This document shows positions 41,662 through 57,919 of a stretch of DNA of 64,000 bases, one piece after another. Made by a program: the position numbers and the translations under genes. Each line of letters opens with the position of its first letter. Positions within the stretch are counted from its first letter, which is position 1. The DNA comes from the human T2T-CHM13v2.0 reference genome, Homo sapiens. Location: assembly GCF_009914755.1 (NCBI RefSeq), contig NC_060928.1. The stretch is one strand, 5' to 3'. The notes under the pieces are model-generated. The model worked only from the letters and a program-made list of their open reading frames with translations, ran no database searches and was not told the DNA's origin.

Positions 41662-43111
41662 TAGGGCACATAATGAAAACATAAAGATGAGGGTTAAAAT
41701 GAATTTTGCCCATATCTAAGATGTGAAAGTAGAACTCTTTCGGTCTCAGTTTTCAAATAACTTGAAAACTACAGAATATGTATCTACACCACTATTCAAG
41801 ACTTTCAAAGCAGAGAGCAGAAGACCAGTTTTACAACCCCTGATACCCAAATCTGGCTAATAAAGAAGATCATGAAGGCATAGGAAGCAGAGAGTAATGA
41901 TGGAAAAAAACAAATATATATATATATATATATTTTGGTGAGAATCGTTAGTGTTCCGTGTGTCTCACTCCTTGCCCTTCAACCCACCTGTGTGCATGCA
42001 CACATATACAACATGTAATCTAGGAAGTGGGATTTAAATAAGAGTATTAGATAACATTGGCATGTGACTCCTACAGTACAAACACATATATGCCTGAATC
42101 CCATCTGAGTAATATAAAGGATAAGAAATTAGATTGCAAGCTGCTTATTCAAGGGCTTATACAAGGGATGAAATTAAAGTGGTTTCATCAGGAGATCTGC
42201 ACTCCCAAAGTCTGTAAAGCAAGAGATGCAGTTGTGTTTACCACTAACCAGATGTGGGCCATAGGAAAAAGACATGCCCAGAGTCGCCTCAGGATCTGTT
42301 CAAGAAAAATGAGGGTAAACGAATCTCAAAAAAGGAAAGCTGGGGTTATCTCCTAATGTCTAGAGGCAGAGAAAAGACAAAGTTAAGAGTCAGAGAATAA
42401 TACATTACCCCATTAAATAAATTGCTCTGACATGTCTCAGCAACTGGGGAGGATCTAGAGAATTCAGATCTCAATAGAGTGCTCAAATATCTGTCTGATT
42501 AGAAAACATGTAACATACTTAAAACATATCAGTCAAGTAAGAACTACACTGTCCCTCTTATGTCTTTTTCTTTCCAATACAATGTACCCACAGAGTTAAC
42601 CAGGTAAAGGAGGTAAGGAAACATTGTGAGCTAATACAATTATGTGAGTGCTCTGGCTAGTTAATCCTATAGTTTATACCTGCTTTTTATTCATATTTGA
42701 CTAGGCTATCTTGCAAGCAGAGATAAAAGTTAACTCGTTGAAAACTGACAGTAACACAAATAATTTCCGTCTATAGAAATAAAAATTGTGCCTGGTGGAA
42801 CGCAGTTTACATTGATATTGGATATTGACTAGTTTTGGAAGTTTTTCATTGGTTTGTAAATTTATTTTAGTATCTCAACAAGAATACAATCAATTATTTC
42901 TAAGATTACAGATATATTTAACATAGGCATCCCTAATTTTAGTCATTTTGGGTGATTTCTCTTAATTATAAATGGTGTTACTTGAATCTAACATTATAGA
43001 TAAATTAAATTTGATGATATCATGTGTTTGGAAGATAATATGTGTTTTAGTTTGTGTGGAGAGACAGAAGACAACTTTACTCCAGATACTTTTTGTTTTC
43101 TAAACAGAATA

Positions 43112-43228
43112 GGCCAGGTGTTGTGGCTCTCCCTGCAATACTAGTACGTTGGGAGGCCAAGGCAGGTGGATCACTTGAGCGCAGGAGGTCAAGACCACCC
43201 TGGGCAATATGGTGAGACCATTATCTTG
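43112..43228 (+). mobile_element. Free left Alu monomer (FLAM_C-like)
   Basis: ggccaggtgttgtggctc...ggatcacttgagcgcaggaggtcaagaccaccctgggcaatatggtgagacc, with no right arm. Confidence 0.85.
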
Positions 43229-43250
43229 AAAGAAAGAAGAGAGAGAGAGA

Positions 43251-43311
<61 letters not shown>

Positions 43312-43365
43312 GAAAGAGGAAGGAAGGAAGGAAAAGAAAGAAAGAAAAAAGAAAGAAAAAAAGAA

Positions 43366-43405
<40 letters not shown>

Positions 43406-43550
43406 GGAAGGAAGGAAGGAAAAGAAAGAAAGAAAAAAGAAAGAAAAAGAAAGAAAGAAACAAAGAAAGAAAAAAGAAAAGAAAGAAAGGAAGAACAGAG
43501 AGAGAGGGAGGGAGGGAGGGAGGAGGGAGGGAAGGGGAAAGAAAGAAAGA
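43228..43550. repeat. Polypurine (GAAA)n/(GGAA)n/(GGGA)n tract
   Basis: About 320 bp of purines with only two C interruptions. Confidence 0.96.
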
Positions 43551-44494
43551 TTACTTTGCAGGTCATCTTCTGCTTAAAAAGAAAAGTGACAATCATTACT
43601 CTTCCTGGCTGCAACTACTGTTTGTATACATGCAAAATGATGGGAATACAGGCTCCATAAAGACACTCAAAATGCATCTTATTCTCCAGTAAGTGCCAGG
43701 TCGAATGAAACTCCAACATAGCTACTTATTAATAGCTTCTAGAATCCAAATCTCACTATCAGGCCACATCCAATATGTAACATTTGCTTGCAAATTTGTG
43801 GAGACAAAAGATAGTAAGATATATATGATCAAGGCAATTGAGAAAGTCAGTTTATAGCTTGGGCTACCTTGCATAATGGTTTTATTTTCTAAAATACATT
43901 AAGGCTTTATTTATTACATTCCAAGATTATCTTTCACTGCCTCTTAATGTTGCAGTGCCCAAAACTTAATTTGTGCAATGTCTTACCCAAAAGAGCACAT
44001 TATTGAGAATAGCTTTCCCTATGCTTTTTTTTAGGAGAAGAATTTATCTTACTTTCACATTTATATATGATAACATCTAGTATAAGAACAAGAAAAAAAA
44101 TCTTAAAAATATAAGTGAGTGACTTACTAGGGAACTTTTTAAAATTTTTTAAATAATTTATTAGAGTAATATTACATATTTCTAGTAATAAAGTCTAGCC
44201 TGGTGATGATAAATTGCAGAAGGAACTCACATATTTCTCCTGGTGAAGTCAAAAAAATAACAAATGTCCAAATTTTAAGTAATATAGCCAGAGGAAAAAA
44301 AATCCAATTTTTACATATAAAATATTGACATGCTATATAAATTGATATCCTATATAGCTATAAGGAAAACAGCAAAAAATAGTGAAAGAAATATTTTTGG
44401 CAATATTGTGTGACTTCAGATGAAAGATCAACAAAATAATAAGACACAGCAAAAAGTAAATACGCAGACTAACTTGGTGTTAGTGACAACTTGA

Positions 44495-44635
44495 CTCATT
44501 TATCATTTAGCATTTATTTTATTAGCAACTATTAATTCAATTCCCTGAAGGCACTAAGGATCCCACAGTGAGTGGAATAGATTAAAAATCCCATCCCTAA
44601 CTGAGTGTACATATTTTGGGGGGAGATAGTCAATA
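44495..44635 (-). mobile_element. L2 3' end
   Basis: 'ggcactaaggatcccacagtgag...aaaatcccatccctaactgagtgtacatatt'. Confidence 0.6.
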
Positions 44636-44649
44636 TACAGGTTTCTATT

Positions 44650-44890
44650 GGTTATTTTGAAACAAATCACAGACATAATTATATCCAAGAATACTTAACA
44701 AGCATCTCTAAAATATAAGGATTTATGTTAACATAACCACAAGATCATTATTATAACTTTAAAAATCTTTAAAAATAATCCTTTAATATCAAATATCTAG
44801 TAAGTATTAACACATCCTGCTTTTTTAAAACATTGTTGAATAAGGATTCAAATAAGTCTCACATATTATATTTGCTGATATGTCTTTTAG
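44650..44890 (-). mobile_element. L1MC4/5-like 3'UTR fragment
   Basis: 'ttttgaaacaaatcacagacat...catctctaaaatataagga...acataaccacaa...aaggattcaaataag'. Confidence 0.65.
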
Positions 44891-45899
44891 GTGTATACAC
44901 ACACACAAATACATATAGTCTACATCCTTTTTTTCTTTTGAAATTTCAGTACTGAATTCTGAATCATTACTGTGTGGTAGAGTACAAGAGAGAATGCAAA
45001 TTTCGAAGTCCCTGTTGTGAAATTGACAAGCCCCTCATCAATCCTCCGTGGATAAAAAAGCCAGACCCGTAAAAACAGTATGATTTCTAATCTTTCTGTT
45101 TCTAGATATGAAAGTAAAGGATTGAGCAACCTGAGTACTTAGTAATTAACAGCATCTACCAAAGTGAGTGTCTTGTATGGTTATTTACCAAGAAACTCTT
45201 TAGACCTGATTACAAGTTACAGAAATTATTAATCGAAGTCATAAAGTTCTGTACCATAATACAGCACTGACAAAGTGTTTCATTGCAATACAAACAAAAA
45301 TAGAATAGAAAAGCATGTTAACATTTTACTGTCTTTCCTGTCTTTGTGTCATCCCCAGTGTTTTAGTACGGAAAACCACAACAAAGACCAGAGATTCACC
45401 TTGCATAGGTGTAGACTGCCCAGAGTTTAGGGAGAAGTAGAATCAAGTGTGCTATTTATTTCCAAAGCCATTATAAAGTATTGTAATTTTTAAAACTTTG
45501 ATGTTTAAAAATATACTCTCATATTAGAATCTTGTGTTTTTCTACCATTGCAGATCGAGTTTTTACAATACTAATTTACACTGTGTTTCTATTGGATTAT
45601 TGTCTCTCAAAGACTGGTGACATGTAAGAGACTCAGACTGAAAAGAAAAATTCCAGAAATTCAGATAAAATAATGAATAATGAAACATTGTTAAGGAAAT
45701 ATAAGAAGACAGAAAAATTATGTATGTTACATCTGCAAATGTCACAATTGCTGAGTAAAGATATTTTTACAGATTTTAATAGCCTGGAATGATAGGAGAA
45801 TAAAATAATATAAAATTTAACAAAAATGAATCTGAAGACCCTCCATATGGATTAAAGAAAAGGTAATCACAAGAAAAGAGAAAAGCAAATAAGGAGTTG

Positions 45900-46250
45900 C
45901 TTTAGCAGACACCTTTGCTGCCTTGTGTCATCCTCCTTCTGCTTACCTCTGACATGAGCTGCAGCCGCAATGCAAAGTTGCCTGTGAGTTCAGACTTTTT
46001 GTGTGCTAGTGGGGTCAGCCCCCATTCAAACCTATCAGAAAGTGAGGGGAGTTCATTTTCAGAGGTTCTGATGCATGGAGGCCCCACTATCTAGAGCAGT
46101 AAATCTAATTGTGCACTTATGAAAGCTTTTCCTCCTTTCCTGTCTTTTTCTGCCCTGTCATCCTGCTCCCTGGATCACATTCGAAATAAACTACCCACAC
46201 TCAAGTCTTTCTGCCTGGCCCTGCTTCCAGAAAAACACACACTAAGGTAC
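45900..46250 (+). mobile_element. LTR16-like ERVL solo LTR
   Basis: 3' end 'ctccctggatcacattcgaaataaactacccacactcaagtc...ctgcttccagaaaaacacacactaag'. Confidence 0.65.
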
Positions 46251-46975
46251 TGATTCAAGTAAAAAAGCCCTCCAGATTTCAGCTGAAGAGAAGCAGTGCT
46301 AGAACACAATTGCTTTTAAAAAAAAAAAAAAGTCAAAACAAAGCTTATATTACCCTAACATAAATATAGAGATCAGAATGAGGTGGGGATGTTAACTGTC
46401 CTCTAGAGTCCTAGGGTGACAGAGAAACTACAAAATCAAGCTCTGTTTTTGAAAACCTTCTTTAACGTGTTTTACTCATGATTGAAGTGTATTTGGATTA
46501 TTTGACAATGAAATAAAGGAAAATAACTGTTCTCCTTCACTCTTTAACACTTTGTTGTACTAATAATGAATTTAGGAAGCAAAACAATTAGCCAAATTGT
46601 TGTTCACTTATTTTCAGAAATAGCAAATACCAATGTTAATATTGCCATTTTTTATCAGAATTTAAAGATGAACTAAGCTTGTTTTAGTGGATCCATTGAA
46701 CTATCACCATCATAACCCCTCTCAAAAACCTTTTCTTTTTGTTTAATAATAGAAGTTAGATAATTGCTAACTGCTGCCTTTAGTATGACTAAACCAACTT
46801 AATGGGCCAGTCTTTCATTGTGTTGGATCAGAAATCTATAGCTTCAGTCAATTATTTCTCTAAGCTTTTTATCAGGTCCAAATTTTCTTCCTGGGGAATA
46901 TTTTGAACTTGCCTTTTATTGAAGTAGTTCCCTGTGAATAGATCTTCTTCAGGGAAGAGGCTGCTATCCTGATTA

Positions 46976-47203
46976 CAGTTGACCCTTACAGGTTTCAACT
47001 GTGAGGGTCTACTTACAAGTGACTTTTTTTTCAACCAAATACAAATAGAAAAAACATTATTAGCAGATGTGAAACCCAGGTATGTAGAGGGCCAACTTTT
47101 CAACTTTTCATAGCTGTGGGTTCCTCAGGATCTACAAAGGGACTTGAGTATGCATGAATTTGGGTCCTGAAACAAATCCCGTATCTATACCTAGGGAGGA
47201 CTG
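46976..47203 (+). mobile_element. MER8 (TcMar-Tigger MITE)
   Basis: TA-cagttgaccctt start, 'gtgaaacccaggtatgtagagggccaactttt', 'gggacttgagtatg', end agggaggactg. Confidence 0.88.
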
Positions 47204-47454
47204 TCTTTAAATTGTACATTTATATCAAGGGTGACTCCAGCCAACGGATGTCTGAGGAAACCCTTTAAATTAATTTCATAGAATACCTAGATACTTTGAC
47301 TTCAGGCACTAAGCCTTAACTTTTGATCCAAGCTATCTATTATGTAGGTCCTGACAGCATCAAGATGACTGTGGTAAGACTTTTAAAATAACACTAACCA
47401 ACAAGAAAAATTCCAACAATTCACTGGTCAGGGGAATATATCTAACATCACACC

Positions 47455-47710
47455 CTCTTATTCATTCAAAAAAGCTTTGAGGGTTTAATATGTATCTATG
47501 TTCTAGACTGAGATAATCTTGTCTTTCTTAAAACATCCATTCTAGTACCAGAGATAAATATTAAACAATCATACAAATACATGATTATGAATTGAGATGT
47601 AGACTTTCAAGGAAATACAGTGTCCTAGAAAAACACATTGAGAAAGTCTTTAGCTACTCTTGGAAGACTGTGAAGGCTAAACAAAAAAGTCATGTTTAAG
47701 TAGACTAAGT
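47455..47710 (-). mobile_element. L2 3' remnant
   Basis: ttattcattcaa tail and 'cattctagt..agagataaatattaaacaa'. Confidence 0.55.
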
Positions 47711-48289
47711 CAGAGTGCAACAGATGAGGCTGACTGCACAGAATCTCTGTGCTGCCCAAGGCTGAGAAACCTGGGTTGTGAGAAACCTTGGTAAACTTTG
47801 TCTTTCTTTATGGAGCTAGAGGGGAGCATCTTCTTTAATACCATTATTTTTGAAACTTGTATTTTCTTGTGACTGTTTAGAAATGTCAATACTTAAGTTT
47901 TTCTCCCTGAAATCATGTTTATTTTTCTCTCTTTCTCTTTAACCATGTTTAGAGTTAGGATTTGAATCAGTCTTAAAGAAAAAATCAACAACAACATTGC
48001 TTTTAAAAAGTTTTCTATGATAATAAATATGGGAAATTTTCTTATAGTCAAGAAACAGATGAAATATTCCTTTTACATAACTTTTTAGGAGATGTCTACA
48101 TGTCATTTCTTATTCCCAAGATGATTTAGAGATAATTTAAATATCTAAATCTGTTATGTTTCTTCAGCTGGGCTCTCTCCTCTTCCTGAACAAAGGTGAA
48201 TTATAGATTTCGGTCTGATGATTGGCTTAATTGGATTTTGTACATGAGAATCAAAAACTTCCTCTTGATGATTTTCCTACGCCTTTGAC

Positions 48290-49295
48290 TTTAAGGTTCT
48301 ATCTTTGGTCCTTTTCCCTTATTAGAATATAGCTCTAAATAAATCATTGCCCACCTGTCAATGATTCTCCAGACCTTCCACCCACCACCTCCAGAGTTGT
48401 CAGGGCAGGGAGCTTATTTTATAAATGCAGTTGTATCTCAAATGCACTTAAACTAGAACAAGTTCCTTTCCCAGACTTGCTCTGTCAGTAAATGCAGGCC
48501 TCATCATCCTCCTTTAGTGTTTCCACCGTATAAAATTTATCACCAAATCCTGTTTCTATTTTACCTCTTATCTCCTGCATCTCTCTTTCCTTCATTGTTT
48601 TACTAGCTTTACCTTAGTCCAAGTTACTGTCATTTCTTAACAACAACCAATTAATTACTTTCCCTAAATCTTGTCTGGCCCCTATCCAATCTGTTCTTCA
48701 AATTGTAGCCACAGTGATCATTTCAAAACTGAGATTTGATTAGTTTAATTCTTGCCAAGTTTAACATCAATGAATGGTGTAACATTGCTCTTAAGGTAAA
48801 GACCCAAATCCTCAACGTGGCTTACAAGTCGCGAGGAGAAAATTTCTCTTCCCCTTTCTCATTGCACCACGGTCAGACAGACCCTTTTCCAGTTCTTCCC
48901 CTCTTTTCAGAGCCCTTTTATGAGGCTGTTCCCACTGCCTGGAATGCCACTCCCCTCTCCATTCCCTTCACCTGGTTTAGCCTTCACTGTCTTGGTTACC
49001 ATCTGAGCCTCATGCCCGCAGAGCGAACCACCCCGAGCTCAACTCAGGGCCAGTTTCCTTGGTGTATTCTCACACACCATTGTATTCATTTTCTATAAAG
49101 TGCTTCGGTTGGCCTAGTTAGTAAGTAAACATTCAACAATGTAATTGTTTTATTAGTGTGTTTCCCCTTACATTAATGAAAACTCCGTCAATTAGGGACA
49201 AGTTGCACTGTTAATCAGTAGTATTGCCCTAATGCCTTGCACAGTGTTTGGCCCATGCTGTAAGCTCAGTAAATACCTGTTCAATATACTAATTC
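48290..49295 (+). mobile_element. L2 3' portion
   Basis: 'atcaccaaatcctgt', 'gtagccacagtgatcatttcaaaac', 'ctgttcccactgcctggaatgcc', end 'gcacagtgtttggc...gctcagtaaatacctgtt'. Confidence 0.8.
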
Positions 49296-51865
49296 ACTCA
49301 CGTTTTCTCCAAAAAACTTCTCAATTAACAATAGGTACTCATATCTGTCCTATACATAACAGAATAATTTCAGAAATCCTGGCTAATGGAGTAAAGAATT
49401 AAAGCCTCCTCTCTCTTCTAATATGAGCACTGTCTGACCTGTACCCCACAGCTGAGAGCTATGTTCGATGCTGTCAAGGTGGGCAGAGGGCAAGCGGAGA
49501 CTTTTTCCTGCATGTTGTTATTCATGAATCTAGATTTAGGATAATAATAATGTCACTCCATAGTCTCCCTTCATTTTGCCAAGTGAAACAAATCAACTGA
49601 GAATCGGCTTACAACATGCGGGTAAAGTTTTTAACCATGTAAATAGAATGAATTTCAGGAAAATAAACTTCTAAAATTGCAAATAGTGTTTTAAAAATGA
49701 AATAAACAAAGCTTCTAAAAGGTAAATAAATGTAAACAAACATAGCAGTTATCTCTTTAGAATTATTGAAAGGTCACTCATCTAAACCGTGTAAGTGTCA
49801 AGTTCACCTAAACCTAAATTATATAGAACATAGAAAGTAACTGTAAATTAAGCAGTGTAAGAAAAATCAATCCAGTATAAAGAAGTATTTAGAAAATCAT
49901 ATAATTAGGTTGGGAAAAGCTCAGAAAAGATAAAAAATAAAATCAGTTGCAATTTGTAGGATATATTTAAGATAAAATAAATAATTTTAATTATGTGATA
50001 CTGAAATGATTAAACAGTACTGTCTTTTCTAAAGGGTATGGGAACTGATGACAGAGTCTGGTTAAAGGCAGAGGCTTTTATTCTTTTTTTGGCTTTTGTC
50101 TTCAAATTCAAGAGTAATCAGTTAACCAGAACAAATGTCTGCTAAGATAGAAGAAAAAAAAAGAAAACTCAATATTATACAGGCAGAAATAAAAGGCACA
50201 AAAATTATTTAAGGAAATAGTGATTTCTTTCATGGAGCCCTTTTCCATGAGAAAGATTGTTCATAACATATAGAATATGAAAGATATTCTGAATTACTGG
50301 CATTAAGGAGCATGGTAATTATTCTTTTAAGAAACAAAGAATGAAAACAAAACAATAGCAACAAGGACAATAAAACCTTCATAGAATAAAACAAAAACTC
50401 TGTTGTTTTAAAGTTCTGAAAATTGCTGTCCAAGAAAGTCTGACTCTCCCAACCAAGGTCACATTATATTTCTGTCAACTTAACTTTGATAAGTAAAGGT
50501 TTCTGTTTTCTGATTCATCAGAGAAAAAGTCAGATTCAATTTTGCTTGTGATAAATATAGATCTGGAATGTCTGTGCATTTAAGCTATTAAATACTAGGC
50601 AACTATAGTATTTGGATATTGAATGGGTTTGGCTTATTACACAGAGTGCTTTTACAATCAGCAGACCCATAAAACAAATTCCTAAAGCTTCTATAATTGC
50701 ATTTTGAATTATTCTCTAGCTTTCATTTTCAAATCAGTTACTTAATATTTTCCTAATGATTTAATTATCATTTCATGTATTTAAGATATTTTAATAAGGT
50801 CCAATTATGTGCTGAACATTGTACTAGAATCTTATCAAAGTAGATTTCAGTAAAGATGAGTCAGTATTTTAAGCCATGTTTGGATTTTGTGATTATACAA
50901 AATTATTTGCACTTAAACTGACAGATTGAAAAATTAAGGTTTACAAATACATATATTTGTAATACATATAATTGGCCAGTTCTCTTCTGTAATATGAAAG
51001 AATTAGATCATCACTGGGGTCCTTCTATGTGATTATATATCCTGACAATTTTAAATTTATTCAGATAGCCTCCATTTCCAGAAATGCCTTGGCATAGAAA
51101 TCTGTTCATCAATCCTCCCCATTCTTAAAAGCTGACTATAAATCCACATTACTCACGGAAACTACTCTCACTAGAAACTCCCTCCCCTGCTGAAATGTCA
51201 CTTAAACTTTAGTTCTGCTTCTCTTGTTGCATATGTTTCTATTATATAGCTTAAGTGCATGCATAGACTCTTTGCCTTTGAGGTCAGCATTTCTTCATTA
51301 GCTTGTACTGTATGAAATGACATTTGGGATTCTTACTAAATTTATACAGAATTTTTTTAATCAGGTATGATTTGTTTCTATATTTTGCCTCAGACATTTG
51401 TTTCAACTGTAGTCAAACATTACTTCTACATTTACTTTTGAATTTTTAACACACTATAGTTTCTGTCTATTTACTTCCATTAATAACTTATTGCATTAAC
51501 CAATCTTCTGGCATTACCATAGACCAGAATTCTGTCAAATTGTAACTAGTCTTTTTATGTTGCTGTTTTTTTTGGGATTTGATTGAAATCTTTTCTGAAA
51601 TGTTATGAAAATGTAAACCTTATCAAGAAACTTAATTTACATGTACACTAATTTCTCTTATAATTTTATGAAAAGAAAATACTGAGGTAAAATTACCTGC
51701 TCTTTGAAAAGCCCTCATTGTGTATGAACTCAGTGATATGCCTAAATCTTCAGATCAGGAACAGCGACTACTATCCCACGGTCTTGGTGATGATCACAGA
51801 AAGCTGTATAGAGATCATGTTCTTTTTCCTTCCTCATCTTCTTTCTTAAAAAGTATTTCCTCTTT

Positions 51866-54115
<2,250 letters not shown>

Positions 54116-54768
54116 CTTTTACTTACTGCTAACTAGAACAAACAGACAATTATAAAATTTGTAGTCATTTTACAGGCACAATAGCATAGGATCTTATAAC
54201 TACTATTTCTGTTGTAAGTTTTAATTCTGCAAAATACAAATTAATGTTACATTAAGCCAAAAAATAAAAGTCTGCTGGTACCTGGTGCTCAGAAACAGCC
54301 TGTCTAATAATCATCTGATAAAAAGTTTTTCTGTGTGCATGGTTTTCACTTTTATTGTCTATAGGCTTTAATTTTAATTTTAATTTTTTATGAAAAAAAA
54401 ACAACACTGAGGTACTTTTACCACTTTCTGCATCACTTGGGCATTTTACTAGGTTACCAATACATCTCAGTAATTACTCACAGCAATTAAGTAATCTTAT
54501 CCACAACTTTCCTTGGCTCCTCTGATGTACTTTGTTTATCTTAGAAGACCAAAATTAAATTAAAACAACTTTGTATTAGCTTTTACTACATTTACTTCTC
54601 TTGAATCACAATGCTCTCTAGCCTTGCAATAGACTTCTAACTGCATCTAAGCTCTTCTTCCCATTCTATCCTGGGCAAGCAGTCAGAACAATGTCCCCAG
54701 TGTTCTGCTTTCATTGTACTTCTTCTGTGCAGAAATGTTTGAGGACTTATTACTTTAAAATACATTCA

Positions 54769-55072
54769 GGCCGGGCATGGTGGCTCATGCTTCTAATTCC
54801 AGCACTTTGGGAGGCCAAGGTGGGCAGGTTATCTGAGCTCAGGAGTTTGAGATCATCCAGCCAACATGATGAAACCTTGTCTCTACAAAAAATTAGCTGG
54901 GCACAGTGGCACACACATGTAGTCCCAGCTACTCAGGAGGCTGAGGCATGAGAATCACTTGAACTTGAGAGGTGGAGGTTGCAGTGAGCAGAAATGCCAC
55001 TGCATTCCAGCATGGGCTACAGAATGAGACTCCTTCTCCAAAAAATAAAAAATAAATAAAATTAAAAAAAAA
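54769..55072 (+). mobile_element. Alu (AluJb/old S-like)
   Basis: ggccgggcatggtggctcatg head, shortened linker, A-rich tail, TSD remnant ending attca. Confidence 0.92.
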
Positions 55073-55779
55073 TTCAAACCATTTAGCCTAGTTTAAAAAG
55101 ACCTTATTCTAATTTTACCTCTTGACATGTTCAATCTGCTATACAAAATTGCTTTTTCTACAAAAATAGCTGGCTTATTGCTTTGATATTCTGTTGCATG
55201 CTTTTGATTACCAGATTTTTCTCTATCAAAGGATTCTCCACCAATTTTTTTAACTATGTAGATGTATATTAAATAATTTAATTCCAACTCTATAGCATAG
55301 CATGTTGTGGGAGTTCCTATATTCACAACTGTTATCCTTTAAAAAGGCAATCACATTTTCTCCTCTCTCGTGTATGTGGCAATAGATAGTTTATGTAAAA
55401 CAAGCTTATATAATTTATCCTTCTTATTACTAAAATAATGATTTATAAAACACATAGTTATTCACTGTATTTTATTCAATCTTGAAAGACAACATCATTT
55501 TTAGGACTATATGTAATTTAATTGTATGCATTTACCAACTTTCACTTTTTATGTTTTTGTTATTTTAAAAAAATACCATATATTACTTCTACCATTATAT
55601 GTATGCCACTTTGATTATAATTTCTCCACTTGTCCTATTAGGAGGTATAGTCTATTTCTCCAGCCCCATAACTTCAGTTGTTTTGGAGAATTTATTTCAT
55701 CTAGGACTTTGAGAAAACTTGCAGTTTATGCTCTCCAATTTGTGTAATTCTGTGACTGTCATATATTAAAAAAAAAAAT

Positions 55780-56465
55780 GTTTCTCTTTCTCTCAATGAT
55801 CTTTTGGCTCTATCTTCTGGTTCTATAACTCTCTCTTCCCTGTGTCTAATCAACTATTAAATACATCCATTATGTTCTACATTTTAATTTTTTTGCATTT
55901 TAGTTTTATAATTTTTCTTTGATTTTTTCCTACGTGCCAATTTTCCACTAAAATCCAAAGTCTTCTTTATAATATATTTAAATATATTTGATATAGTTAT
56001 ACTTTATTATATACATACACAATAATCTGTATCTCTTATATAGACATGATTATATTTCAGCATGCATGTAACAATGAATCTGTATCTCTATGGGTCTCTT
56101 TCTACAACGTTTTTTCTCTTGATTTTTGATCACTTTTGATTTCTCCTAGTGGCCTTGATTATTTTATTACTGAAACCCAGAAATTATATAGAAATATTTT
56201 TAAATAATATGAAGAGGAATTTTATTTTTTTCTTTACAATAGATTTCTTTGGCCCTGTCAGGCATTTGGGAGCATTAACATTTCTGATTATTCTTAATCT
56301 AATGAAGGGTTAAAGTGATTAGAAATTTGTCTTCTGTCTCTGCAAGAACTTGTCTATTGATGCTATACCTTTAATAATATGGTATCGTCTCAGAGATCTA
56401 GCCCAAACCTACTTTTGTCATTCCCACTCCCATATAATCTCTCTCCCTTTCTCACCCCTACTCTG

Positions 56466-56497
<32 letters not shown>

Positions 56498-57285
56498 GCA
56501 AGTCCTTTCCATTTTGTATCTTTCTTACTCTTTGAGTCTATTTACAGGTTATCTCTGGTCAGCTTCTCACCTCACAATCTTCTCAGTCACGTTCTGTGGC
56601 ATTGCCACGTGAATTTAGGGAAAAAGAGACCCAGAAGCCAGATTCACATTTCTGAGCTTTCTTCTTCTCTTGAATATTGCTCCCAGATATCGTCACTCCT
56701 TAGGAACCCTACAAGTTCTTCAAACAAAAGTTTTTTTTGTTTGGTTCCTATTTTCATGTCATTCTTCATAAGTAGATGGATCCCAGATGACCTAGTTAAT
56801 GACTACCCAAAATGAAAATTCCTAATGATTTAATTTGTTCTGCTTGTTAGAATGTTTACAGACATTTCTCTATAATATTGTGTGGGTATACATGTTAATG
56901 AGTGGTTGTTTTTAATTTTAGTTTTAGGAACCACATTTGTAATTATAACTTTATATATTATTCCACTATTTATTTAGACATTTCTGATTTCTTACTATGT
57001 AAAATGATAGACTATATTTACCTCCTCCCATCTCCCATAATTACTATCCAATATCTGATTTTTTTAGATTGTATATTTTCAGTATTTTCTAATTATCTCT
57101 TTAGTATATGAATATTGGTTTATTTTATATATCTAGCTCATATGATATATTTTTACGTTTGACTAAAAAGGATGAAAAACTAAATGTTGTGCTTATATTT
57201 TCACTGATTTTTTTTTATCCTTACCTCACACATTTTCTTAGGTACTAAATTATTTATTATCAAGAACTGTATTTAAATTACGTTT
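55780..57285 (-). mobile_element. Degraded L1M fragments
   Basis: T-rich + strand with weak antisense L1 ORF1/5' motifs; boundaries uncertain. Confidence 0.4.
56473..56497. repeat. (CA)12 preceded by a CT run
   Basis: Read directly. Confidence 0.9.
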
Positions 57286-57286
57286 C

Positions 57287-57911
57287 TGTGACATCAAAGG
57301 AAGCAGGCCACAAAACTGCCCTCACTTCTGACTTGAATTGCAAGTTCAGAGGTCCACATGACCACCACCCTTGGGTCAAAAGCTATTTGGAATGATTCAC
57401 AGAACTGACTTAAAGCTATTATACTCACCATTATAATTTATTACAGGTAAAGGATAAGATTAAAATCAGCCTAAGGGAGGGCAATGGCCACAGTCCAGGA
57501 AGTTTCCAAACATTTCCAGTTGTCGTCTCCCCATGGAGTCATGAACAATGTTACTTTTCTGTCATTGATGTATGACAATTCACATGGAGTATTTTCAACC
57601 AGGGAAGCTTAGCCAAGCCTTGCTATCCAGAATCTTCACTGGGGTTCAATCACATAAACCTGATTGACCGACTGTGTGTTGGACCTCAGTCTCAAGCCCC
57701 TCTGGAGGTCTACTGATACTCCAAGACTCAGAGCAGCCCCCACCCTAAATCTTGAACACTGTCTATCCATGTGGCCCAAAGCTCCCAGGTTAAAAAAAGG
57801 AAAAATCTCTTTTATCCTGCATGACATTCCAACGGCTTAGAGATTATCTCCCAAAAACAGAGAGTAAAGGCCAGACCTTTTTTTGGATAAGATTACATTT
57901 CTTACTACGCA
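57287..57911 (-). mobile_element. MER21B/C-like LTR
   Basis: 'ccacaaaactgccctcacttctgac', 'cacagaact..cttaaagctattatactcac', 'attaaaatcagcc', 'aaaggccagacctt...cttactacgca'. Confidence 0.8.
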
Positions 57912-57919
57912 GTTTCCAA

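Noticed and set aside
43166-43660. 164-aa K/E/R-rich ORF and F/L/S-rich antisense ORFs
   Set aside because: They are translations of a stop-free polypurine microsatellite.
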